From assembly GCF_009914755.1 (NCBI RefSeq), contig NC_060936.1: DNA of 64,000 nucleotides, one strand, 5' to 3'. The DNA comes from the human T2T-CHM13v2.0 reference genome, Homo sapiens. A program made the translations under genes and the position numbers. Shown one piece after another: positions 18,401 to 30,022 of this stretch. The notes beneath the pieces are model-generated. The model had not been told where the DNA came from, did not search any database, and worked only from the letters and a program-made list of their open reading frames with translations. Position 1 is the first letter of the stretch; each line of letters begins with the position of its first letter.

Positions 18401-19844
18401 ACGCCAGTCCTCCCTGCCATCTCTAGCTCCTTCTCCAAATGAGATTAGACCAGGAATGGAATCCGACTCTCTTTTTTTCTTTGGAGACAGTCTCGCACTG
18501 TCACCCAAGCTGGAGTGCAGTGGCACCAACTCCTGGGCTCAGGCGAACCCCCTGCCTTGGCCTCCCAAAGTGCTGGGATTACAAGCATGAGCCACCGCAC
18601 CAGCCTGCGACTCTACTTCTCATTATGATGCCTGTGGCCTTGGGCAGGCACCTCCTCTCTTGAGCCTCAATGTCTGCATCTGTAAAATGGGAAACCAACC
18701 GTGTTCCTGGGAGGATTCCATCAGCTACTGCGGATACGCTGCCTGGCTCAGCTGAACGTGTGGCAGATGCCACGCGCCCGAGAAACATTAGCTCTTACCA
18801 TCATGAGGTCTGAACTCTAGGTCTGGAGATTTTTTTTTTTTTTTTCCTTTTCCTTCTGGCAGCTTCTTGGCATCAACATAGACATGCCTGAAGAGCTGTT
18901 TTGGAGCCTGAAGGAAAAAACAGACCCTCCACCTTTCCCAGAATCCTCTGTCTTATTATTTCCTTTCCAACTCCAGGAGCAGACACGGATGGGGGGGACA
19001 GGAAGTGGGGCCAGCTCAAGGTGGTGAAGGACAACTGACTCAGGTGAATAATTCCCAAGAAGCCCTTCTCTCCGTCAGGTCCCACTTTGTACCTCGGTCC
19101 ACACACCAGACACCACTTGGCTGCTGTCACCACGGGTGCGTGGGGAAGGTGAGCTCAATCACACCCCCGGGACGCCTTCGCTCGGGCTTTTCATATGAAT
19201 CTTAACAATCTAGATGTGAGCCTTCTTGGCTCAGAAAAGATTCCTGGGAATACTCGTTTCCGGTTTAAATCAATCAATGAGACTCTAACAGGCAGGGAGA
19301 AGGAAGGTGGGCACGCAGACCTGATGATGCCCTGTGTGGCAAGCTGCTGCTCAGGCATATTTTTGGTGGGGCTGGGGAGATGCTGGGAGGGTTGGCAGCC
19401 GAGGACAGCTGGTGAGGGTGGCACTGGGTTTTCCAGTGGCTGCCTGTTCCTGAACAATACACCTTGAGTTTTAAAGTCCCCAGGGACTGTGCCCCTTTAA
19501 CGTGAGCCTCTTATGCTCTCACTGAACCACCAAGTGCATACAAAGGTGAACAAGACACGTTCTTTCTGCTCTAGGGAGCTCCAAGTTTCGAAGGGGTGGC
19601 AGGTGACAGAGTTGACAAGTATAACATGGTGTGATGCCTGCTATTGCGGGCTCCAGGAGCGCTGAGGATGGGTGTTTAACCCTTAAAGGTCGGATGGAGA
19701 GATGGCTTTCTGGATGGGAGCAGCAGGTAAGCCAACCCCTGAACAATAATGAGCATTCGTTTCATAAAGAGACAGGGTTAACGCTGTGCGCGGTGGCTCA
19801 CACCTGTAATCCCAGCACTTTGGGAGGCAGAGGCAGGCGGATCA

Positions 19845-20057
<213 letters not shown>

Positions 20058-20112
20058 TCATCTCAAAAAAAAAAAAAAAGAGAGAGAGACAAGGTTAAGA
20101 GGAAAGGTTTGA

Positions 20113-20341
<229 letters not shown>

Positions 20342-23300
20342 TGAACTCCTGACCTCATGATCTACCTGCCTTGGCCTCCCAAAGTGCTGGGATTATAGGC
20401 GTGAGCCACCACGCCCGGCCTAGACCTTACCCTGGGTGGAGACAGAGAAAGGCTCCCGTACGTAAACACCTGATTGTACACATCAAATGAAAACAGTGCT
20501 CCAGGCAGAGGAACAGCTTTTGTGCAAAGGCCTGAAGGTGAGAAAAAATACGGGAGTCTTTTCCTATCCCTTCTTGGTTCCTAGAAATTCAAGTGGCAGC
20601 TACACACAGTGAAAGCATGCTGGCAGTAAGAAAGCAGTCTTGGGGCCAGGCATGGTGGCTCATGCCTGTAACTCCAGCGCTTTCAAGAGGCTGAAGTGGG
20701 AGGATCACTTTGAGGCCAGGAATTTGAGACTAGTCTGATCAACATGGCAAGACCCCTGTCTCTACAGAAAAATTTAAAATTAGCTGGTGTGGTGGCGCAC
20801 ACCTGCAGTCATAGCTACTGGGAAGGCTGAGGTGGGAGGATCGCTGGAGCCCAGGAGTTCGAGGTTGCAGTGAGCTTGATCATGCCCCTTGCACTCCAGC
20901 CTGGGTGAGAGAGCAAGACCCTGCCTCAAAAACTAAAAATTAAAAAAAACTGTAAAAAAAGAAAGTAGGCTTGGGGATCCCATGATCTCCAACTCCTCCA
21001 CTTAGCAGCTGTGGGACTGCAGGCAAGCTGGTTTACCTCTCTAAGCCTCAGTTTCCTCACCTGTAAAATGGCCCTAACACTGCCTTCCTGGGGGATCATT
21101 ACTATAAAGAGTGTTATGCAGAGAGCACCAGCGTGGAGCCTGATGCTCAGCAGGTGCTTGGGGAATTATGTTCATTATCACCAGCCTCAGCCTGACCTTC
21201 TGGTCCTTTCTGGATGGTGTTCTCAGAAAGGGACCAAGCTGATTCCTCCCCAGAAAGTCAGGGGTCATCTTGGTCCTCAGGGAGGCGGGGGAGTCAGCAG
21301 CCCTGTGGGCTCAGTCTGTCCTCTGGCCACCTTACCCTGAGGCTTTTCTCCCTTTTTCTCAGGGAAGATTCCCAAGGGAATGGCCTTGGAGGAAGGGCCC
21401 TGCCTGACCCACTGGGTCTCTGGGAGCTGACGTTCCCATGCCAAGCCGATCGTCTCGCACGTAACCTTATCAAATCCACACAATGACTTCAGGATCCAGG
21501 TGGGGGTACTGAGGCTCAGAGAAGTAAGATGACTTGCCCAAGGTCATGTAGCTCAGAGAGGTGGGACCAAGACTCAACTCTCAGCTATGGCTCGGAGCGA
21601 CCAGGACATACAAGAGTGTTTAAAGCATGGTCAATAACAAACCATGTACATGTGTTTGGTCTAACTACTTCATGTATATTAACTCAATCCTTCCCAACAA
21701 CTTCAAGGGAGGTACTATGACTATGCCCATTTTATAGTAGATAAAACTGAGGCTCAGAGAGCATAAGTGACTTGCCCAAGGTACCTGGCAAGGCCCCTGA
21801 AGCCAGGCTCCTGCCACAGCCTGAGCCCTGACGACAGCTGTGTCCTCATCTCATGCATTCTTATTTACTGTTGCTGGCTTGTCCCTGCCACAGGGCCTCT
21901 GCATTCGACGTCCCCTCGGCCCGAGATGCCCTTTCCACTGATTTGCACACCCCTGGCTCATTCTTACTTGGATTTCTGTTCCATTATCACCTCCTCAGGG
22001 AGGACCTCCGGATCCACCCTAAAGCTCCATTCTCATGCCACCCTGCTATGCCTCGTTCACAGTTTAACACCTGTCGGGCGTTTTGTTTACTGTGTGTCCC
22101 CCTCCAGGAACAGCAGCCTCTCCGAGTCATCTCTAAATCCCCAGCCCCTGGTCTATAAATATTTGCTAAGTGGGCAAAAGTGACCGAATTACGCAGTCCC
22201 TTTCGGAGGACTGGGGGCAACTTTCCACCTACCTAAAGTTCCACCTGCCTACTCTAGTCTAACCTCAGAACCTCCTCTCCGACCCTCTCCATCTCCCTTG
22301 GGTTATGAAGTCTGAGCTCTGGGCAGCAAGAAGGGAAGCCGCTGCAGCTACATCTAGGAAGGTTACAGAGCAGGAACACAGCATCTGTCATCCCAGTGGG
22401 AGGCTGGACCCAGGAAACTGACAAGACTCCCAGCATGCTCTGCAGCCCCTCCTCCCTGTCAAACCCACAACCAGGTGGAATTCCCGAGTGCCCCGTGGGC
22501 TGCCGGAGAGCCCACCCTTCCAACGGGGATCCCAGCCACAGAGAATGCCCATCGACACCCATCCAGATTCAAAGCAGTGGGAGGCGAGGAGAGGGCACAT
22601 GAGAAATAATAAAAGCAGAGGAGACCCAAGCAAGTAAGAGCTAGAGGAATCCCTCCTTTCTCTCTCATATTAGTCTTCGGATTGAAGTGCATAAAACTTT
22701 TTGAGTAAGTAAAATATCCAACATAGTTCAAAATGAACATATAAAAACGTTTACGGAGAAAAAGCTCACTCTCCCTTCATCCCTTCCACTCCCCCCGCAA
22801 CCCCCACCAAGCATCCATTCGTACTTTCTGGTGGATTCTTCCAGTCTGCAAATATAGCAATTACAAATGTATACTCTTATTTTCCCCTCTTTTTACATTT
22901 TCTATTTCTTTTTACTTTGCGGCTCCAGCTCAAAGGATCCTTTTTTAAAAAACAGAAAAAAGGGTACCATATTATATATGCTGAGCCACACCTTTTACTT
23001 CTTTAGTTGGATATTTCTATATCTCTACACACACAGAGATACAGATATAGACGTATAAGTGCGTGCATACACACACCAGTTATTAATGGTTTTCTGCAAT
23101 TTTCATCCAGTTCTCCTGGAAAGGGGTATTTAGATTGGGGGTCAAGAGGGGTTGCTTTTCAGCTGACACACAAACAGCTGGGCCACCCTCTCTTGGTGAT
23201 CAATACTGGACGCTGGTTCTCTGCACTTGAAGCAGGTGCCAGGAGCTAGCTCTTTCCCAAAATATCTGCAGCTCCCATTTCCTGAGCGTCTACCAGGTAC

Positions 23301-23440
23301 TAGGAGAACTCTTACAACAGAGAAGGAAAGCTGAGAATCAGAGAGGTAAAGTGACTAGCCCAAGGTCACACAGCCAGGAAGTGCAGCTGGCAGGGTTCAC
23401 AGCCGGTCTGTCGCTCGCCAAAGCCGGTTTGCCCACACAC

Positions 23441-23570
23441 CTGGCCCCCGCGGTCTCCAGTCCACACCCTGGTCCACAGCCAGAGGCAGAACTGGCCATG
23501 CCGAGTTCAGGACCCAGGGCCAAGTCCCCAGCCCGGCTGAACTCGGGCAGAGAAGCGCTTTCTCCGCCAT
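23441..23570 (-). CDS. TESC: Candidate alternative first coding exon of TESC (MAEKALLCPSSAGLGTWPWVLNSAWPVLPLAVDQGVDWRPRGP + 1 nt)
   Basis: ATG in a good Kozak context (GGGAAATGG). 130 nt = 43 codons + 1, ending at a CAG|GTGTGT donor of the same phase (1) as exon 1, so it splices in frame to exon 2 (G|TC = Val). It lies inside the CpG island. Use in vivo is not shown by the sequence. Confidence 0.45.
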
Positions 23571-24272
23571 TTCCCTGCGGGCAGCTCGGCCAGGCCTCCC
23601 AGGGCTCCCCGCCTCCGGGCCGATGCGGGGCGCGCAGCCTTTGCTGGTCCCGGGAGACTCAGCGAACTCAGGGGAGGACGCTGGGCTCCGGGCAAAGTGC
23701 TCTGCGGCCGCTGCCTCGCTAAGTCTCCCAGCCACCCGCGGGGATGAGGCTGCCTGAACCCATTTTACAGATGCGAGGACGAAAGCAGGCGCCGGGCGCC
23801 GGCTCTCCCGACTAAGGTCACCCGGCCGGGGAGCGTCGGAGACCTGTTCCCACCCAGGTCCGCCGACTTCAAAACTTTCCGCTCTCGCGCTCACGAATGC
23901 AAACGACTCTCAGGTGTGGGGCGCGCGCGCCAGCGGGGGTGCCTGAGGGACTTGCCCGCCCGGCCTGAGGCACCTGCCCTGCGCTTGGGAAGCCTGGGCC
24001 CCGCTCCCTCCCCGGTCCGCAGTCCCCCGGCCAGGGAGTTCCCGGGCCAGTCCGAAGCTGAGCGGCTGCGGCACTGAGCATCGCCGCGGAGCTCCTCGCC
24101 GCAGCCCGCGAGGTGGCCAGCGGGGACCCATTTGAAAGAGGAGGAGACTGAGGCGCAGAGAGGGCCCGCCACTGGCCCAAGGTCACACAGCGCGGCGGCG
24201 GGCCGGGGTCCCCAACAGTGGCCGTTCGGAGGTCCCGCCCCGGTCCCCGCGCCGCCCCCCGCGGGTACTCAC

Positions 24273-24330
24273 AGCCGGTCTTGCCCTCGAGCTCCCGCAC
24301 CTCCTCAGACGCGGAGTGGGCAGCGCCCAT
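24273..24330 (-). CDS. TESC: Tescalcin (CHP3) coding exon 1: MGAAHSASEEVRELEGKTG + 1 nt (phase-1 donor)
   Basis: ATG at 24330 in an optimal Kozak context (GGCACCATGG). The translation matches the known tescalcin N-terminus with its MGxxxS myristoylation motif. It is followed by a canonical GTGAGT donor at 24272. The 58 nt join exon 2 in frame (T|TC = Phe). Confidence 0.97.
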
Positions 24331-24465
24331 GGTGCCCGCGGCGGGGGCCCCGGGGCGCGCGTCCCTCTCAGGCCCCGCACTGGCTTCGGCTGCGCAGCGG
24401 CGGGACTGGCCTCGGGTCCGGCCTCGGGTCGGGACGCCGGCGAAGGCTCGGAGCCGCGGGTTCCG
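24331..24465 (-). other. TESC: TESC 5' UTR (TSS position approximate)
   Basis: GC-rich segment between the main ATG and a point about 25-30 nt downstream of the TATA-like TTATATG (24493-24487). The TSS is inferred, not observed. Confidence 0.6.
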
Positions 24466-24933
24466 CGTGGGGCCGGAGCGGGGCCTCATATAACGGCGGA
24501 GGGCGGCGCGCCGCGGTCCTAGCGCACGCCGGTTTCGCGCACTGCGCGGCTAGGGGAGCGCCCCGCCCCGCCCCGGCCCGGAAACCGCCGGGAAGGGGAC
24601 CCCGGAGCCCACCGCTCTGGATTCCCCGTTCGTGCAGCAGTGCTCACGTACCTCGTCCCTTCCGCACACCTGCTGGATCTGGAAGGAAGCAGGTGTGAGC
24701 AAATTTGGGGGCGTGGGTAGGAGGGGTGGGACCCCTGGGAGGTGCTATGCCCACTCCCAACCCATCCCACCTTACATCCTCCAGATCTTAGGAGGGAAAC
24801 TCCACTGAGATAGTCAAGGAAGTCAGCGAGCATGAAATAGCTCTATGGAGAACAACAGTAATAATAATCCTATTTGAAAATGCACCATGCGCTTTGGTTT
24901 TTTCCAGGAAAGCCCCAGCACCTTCTGAGGTGA

Positions 24934-25386
<453 letters not shown>

Positions 25387-26128
25387 TTAGGGAAGTTCTG
25401 GGTTAAGATGGCTTGAGGGGTTGGCTCTCCATCCAGTTGGGGTGACTGGGGCCGATGCTGTTGCCTGTGTAATGTGATTCCTCCTCCTTAAAATAAGGAT
25501 AAGTTAATGAGATGTCCACCAGAGGGCCTGGCGTGGACACAGCACATGGCCACAGAGGCTGGTGGGCGCTATGGAATCTTGTCCCCTGGAGAGGCACACA
25601 GCCAGGGCAGAACATCAAGGTCAAGGCTCTCCTGAAGGCTCTGCAGTGCTTAGTGACAGCACCATCAATGACCGTCAGGTATCAGGTCTGTTCTGAACGT
25701 TAGTCTCGATGATAAATGTTGGGGAGGAAGGGGGACAGGGTAGGGGGCAGGAGTTTTTCGGTGCCCACAGAGGGGACTCGGGTGGACCTACCTCCATCAG
25801 TTTCACAGGCTGCTGGGAAGGGGGCTGCTGAGAACTGCTGTTCATTCCTGCAGACTACAGGCTCAAGCCAAGGGTCACAGCCCTTTCCAGGGGCAGGAGG
25901 TGACTTTCAGAGCCCGAGGTAGAGGGTGGGAGTTGGTCCTAAAACCTCCTAGAGCATCAGAATCAGCCCCTTCCTGGTTGCAAATCCAGCTTTTGGCCAG
26001 GTGCAGTGGCTCATGTCTGTAATCTCACCACTTTGGGAGGCTGAGACAGGAGGATTGAGCCCAGGAGTTTGAGACCAGCCTGGGCAACATAGCAAGACCC
26101 CAGCTCTACCAGCAATTAAAACTTTTTA

Positions 26129-26332
<204 letters not shown>

Positions 26333-27164
26333 CTAAGGCAGCACCTGCAATCTGCATTTTAAAGCACTCTCCAGAGGGCAGTGCAAGACCTGATCAAGGT
26401 GGAAAGATGTTGGCTGTGGGTCATCAGCTGATCTGAGCCGGCAGGACAGCTGACCTAGGGACTGCATTTTGGTTTAAAGGATTCTGGAAACAGGCAGGCC
26501 TCTGGGATCAGGAAAGGATCCCCAATACCCCTGGGAGTTCTGAGCCGCTGAGCCAGCCCATTACGTACAGCTGCTGGGAGCAATTTTATTCCAACTTAAA
26601 ATGTCAGTTCCTGGAATTTTATTATATTAAACTAGTCAAGGATTAAATGATGGAACTGTCTGATGTGGGGGATAGGAAGTGGCATTCTCTGGACATCAGC
26701 CCCTCCTGCTTGGCACAGTTGCTCTGGTGGGGACAAAAGCCCTGGGACAAGGAGAAGGGCACATGGCTTCACATTGTCCCTTGGTGATCTCAAGGAAGCC
26801 CCTGGTATCTAGTATGAAGGGAGTCTGTCCTACCCGATCACCTGTCTACCCTGACCCACTGACCGCTGTTAGCTACTAGACAAGCACTTGTACTTGTTCC
26901 TTTTGCCTGAAACTCTCTTGCACTCCCGCTTCCTCTTCAGACCTCAGTGGAAACTCACATCCTCAGGGAGGCCTTCTCAGAGTCCTCATCCCCTCTCCTG
27001 GGTCCACAGCCAAACAAGCCACCACCACCAGTCAGCAGGGAGCTGGGAGGCGGGAAGTCTTGCTGAGGATGACAGAGGAGGATTTATTCCTAATAGCAGG
27101 GCTTGGAGAAGTAATCAGGAGATCCTTGGAGCAGCACGAAGGCAGAAAAAACCAAGGCACAATT

Positions 27165-27370
27165 TATGCATTCATTCAATCATTTATTCATTGCACATTT
27201 ATTGAGCACCTACTATGTTCAGGGCTCTTGCTAGGTCCTGGAGCCACAGCCAGGAATAAGATGCCACCTTCGCTCCTGAAGAACTCCTGGTGGGGTGAGG
27301 AGACAGACACACGGGCAGTGACAAAGCAGATGGGTAAACAAGGGCTGACGTGATGGAGCCCACAGAGAGA
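27165..27370 (-). mobile_element. L2 3' end fragment (others near 19530-19700, 21880-22180, 29610-29800, 49190-49520)
   Basis: cattcattcaatcatttattcatt..catttattgagcacctactatg, the antisense L2 tail. Confidence 0.7.
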
Positions 27371-28072
27371 TGGAATGTTCAAACCAGAATGGGCCCCTGG
27401 AGAGACTCTGTCATCCCTAAAGCTGAGCTTCAGGAAGTCCAGGACTGTCCCCAACTGTGGTCCCGAAGGGATACAGCAAAGCCAAATTCTTGGTGGACAG
27501 ATGTCTCTGTGGGGGCCCCTGCAGTGGCACCCACCATCTGCCCGGGCTCTGCCCTCCTCTGGCAATGATGTGCACACCGCAAGGCGCCCTCCACGCAAAG
27601 CCAGCTGCTGCCTGTTCCGGGACGTCATGGCTTTCATTCAAACCTACCAATGGCTCTGCAGGCGTCAACAAAGCAAGAAGCAAGAATGAGGTCTGCAGCT
27701 TTGCATGGGGTCTGGCCAGGGCTCATTGGATTTTTTGTCTAGAGCCCTGGAAGAGGGGCACCCTGCTGGGGGGCAAGCTTTATCCCCCCCAATAACACAG
27801 CATGACTTTTGGAGGACTGGGAAACACTTTAGTCACCAGGCAACTGCGTCTTTTCTCCCAGAGGACCTCCTCCTGGAGGAGCTGATTAAAAGTGATGACC
27901 GCAATTCATATAGCTGGTCCCTGTCAAGCCGCAAAGAGCAGCTGAGCCCAGAGATGGCCAGGATGGTCTTCATTTGGCTCTCCCACCTTCCTGTCATGGA
28001 GGGCTATGAAACCATACTTGGGCAAGTTAACCTCTCTCATCCTCAGTTTCCCCATCTGCAAAGTGGCAATTA

Positions 28073-29215
28073 CATTGTGAGGGTTAAATGCAGATTCATA
28101 TATGTAAGGTGATTCATACATGTGAGGTGATTGTGAAGGTTAAATGCAGATTCATATATGTAAGGTGATTCATACATGTAAGGTGATTGTGAGGGTTAAA
28201 TGCAGATTCATATATGTAAGGTGATTCATACATGTAAGGTGATTGTGAAGGTTAAATACAGATTCATATATGTAAGGTGATTCATACATGTAAGGTGATT
28301 GTGAGGGTTAAATGCAGATTCATATATGTAAGGTGATTCATACATGTAAGGTGATTGTGAGGGTTAAATGCAGATTCATATATGTAAGGTGATTCATACA
28401 TGTAAGGTGATTGTGAAGGTTAAATGCAGATTCATATATGTCAGGTGATTCATACATGTAAGGTGATTGTGAGGGTTAAATGCAGATTCATATATGTAAG
28501 GTGATTCACACATGTAAGGTGATTGTGAAGGTTAAATGCAGATTCATATATGTAAGGTGATCATACATGTAAGGTGACTGTGAAGGTTAAATGCAGATTC
28601 ATATATGTAACATTGTGAGGGTTAAATGCAGATTCATATATGTAAGGTGATTCATACATGTAAGGTGATTGTGAGGGTTAAATGCAGATTCATATATGTA
28701 AGGTGATTCATACATGTAAGGTGATTGTGACGGTTAAATACAGATTCATATATGTAAGGTGATTCATACATGTAAGGTGATTGTGAGGGTTAAATGCAGA
28801 TTCATATATGTAAGGTGATTCATACATGTAAGGTGATTGTGAGGGTTAAATGCAGATTCATATATGTAAGGTGATTCATACATGTAAGGTGATTGTGAAG
28901 GTTAAATGCAGATTCATATATGTCAGGTGATTCATACATGTAAGGTGATTGTGAGGGTTAAATGCAGATTCATATATGTAAGGTGATTCATACATGTAAG
29001 GTGATTGTGAAGGTTAAATGCAGATTCATATATGTAAGGTGATCATACATGTAAGGTGACTGTGAAGGTTAAATGCAGATTCATATATGTAACATTGTGA
29101 GGGTTAAATGCAGATTCATATATGTAAGGTGATTCATACATGTAAGGTGATTGTGAGGGTTAAATGCAGATTCATATATGTAACATTGTAAGGGTTAAAT
29201 GCAGATTCATATAGA
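28073..29215. repeat. 56-bp minisatellite (VNTR), about 20 units, with a 482-bp higher-order duplication; embedded in a MIR
   Basis: Unit GATTGTGAGGGTTAAATGCA-GATTCATATATGTAAGGT-GATTCATACATGTAAGGT. Diagnostic variants recur exactly 482 bp apart. Confidence 0.95.
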
Positions 29216-29252
29216 GAAGGTGCTTAAAACTGCCTGACACCGTAAGTGCTAG

Positions 29253-29600
29253 CCAGTGGTGAGCTGGTAAACAAGTTCTCTGAAAAGGGCAGGAGGGGCA
29301 GAAGTCCTAATCTGTAGCAGTTGCCAATTTCTGTGTGTAAATACTCGTGCCATAGTCAATTTCAAGTTACTGATAATTTAACAATAGGCTTGCAAAATCC
29401 CTGAATTTTGTTTTTTTAGATATGGGGTCTCACTATGTTGCTCAGGCTAGCGTCAAACTCCTGGGCTCAGAGGATCCTCCTGCCTCAGCTTTCCAGGTAG
29501 CTGCAAATACAGGCATGCGCCACCATGCCCAGCTTAAAATCCCTGAATATTTAACCATTTGCTCTTGCAAGCCAGTCAAGACCAGGAAACTACTACCCAG
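29253..29600. mobile_element. MER63-like hAT element interrupted by an Alu monomer (FLAM)
   Basis: Starts cagtggtgagctggtaaa; contains gcaaaatccctgaa and tttaacca..gctcttgcaagccag. The monomer is flanked by TSD aaaatccctgaat. Confidence 0.55.
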
Positions 29601-30022
29601 TTGACTGTCATATGTTCGTTTATTTGTTCATGCATTCACTATTGAGTGCCAGGAGTTTGGACACTACAGTGAAGGAGACAGTCCCTGACCTCAGGGATCC
29701 CAAAGTCTGCAAGGAAAGAGATGTGAACAGAACATCATGGTATGCTAGCCGGTACCAGTCACTGCAGGGGCCCGGAGGAGAGGCACCCAGCACATCCGCA
29801 TTTTATTGATAGAAAAACCAAGATGTTCCCTAAGGATTGTAAACCAGAATCAGAGCATAGACTCGAAGGTGTCTGAATAGCAGTTTCTGTAATTCACCTG
29901 CCCCTTCTAATGGTTTAGCTTGGGGTAACTCCCAAGGCATGGTAATGTTCTAGGAGTAACACGACATTTGTCTTAGCATTTGGGCCACTGACCAAGAGAT
30001 TTATGGGGACTCCAAGTACCAT

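Larger units (their letters stand above)
23400..24690. promoter_or_regulatory. CpG island / TESC promoter, probably bidirectional
   Basis: Very high GC and CpG density against CpG-poor flanks. Contains a TATA-like element (24487-24493), an E2F motif TTTCGCGC (24533-24540), tandem GC boxes CCCCGCCCCGCCCC (24561-24574) and an ETS-like CCGGAA (~24578). Confidence 0.9.

Noticed and set aside
23869-24272. C-terminal part of the 206-aa ORF 23869-24489, and plus-strand ORF 24132-24698
   Set aside because: Read-through past the exon-1 donor into GC-rich intron, or antisense CpG-island ORFs; stop codons are scarce in such sequence.
28073-29215. CRISPR-like appearance of the regular array
   Set aside because: No unique spacers, no cas genes, and a eukaryotic context; it is a head-to-tail minisatellite.
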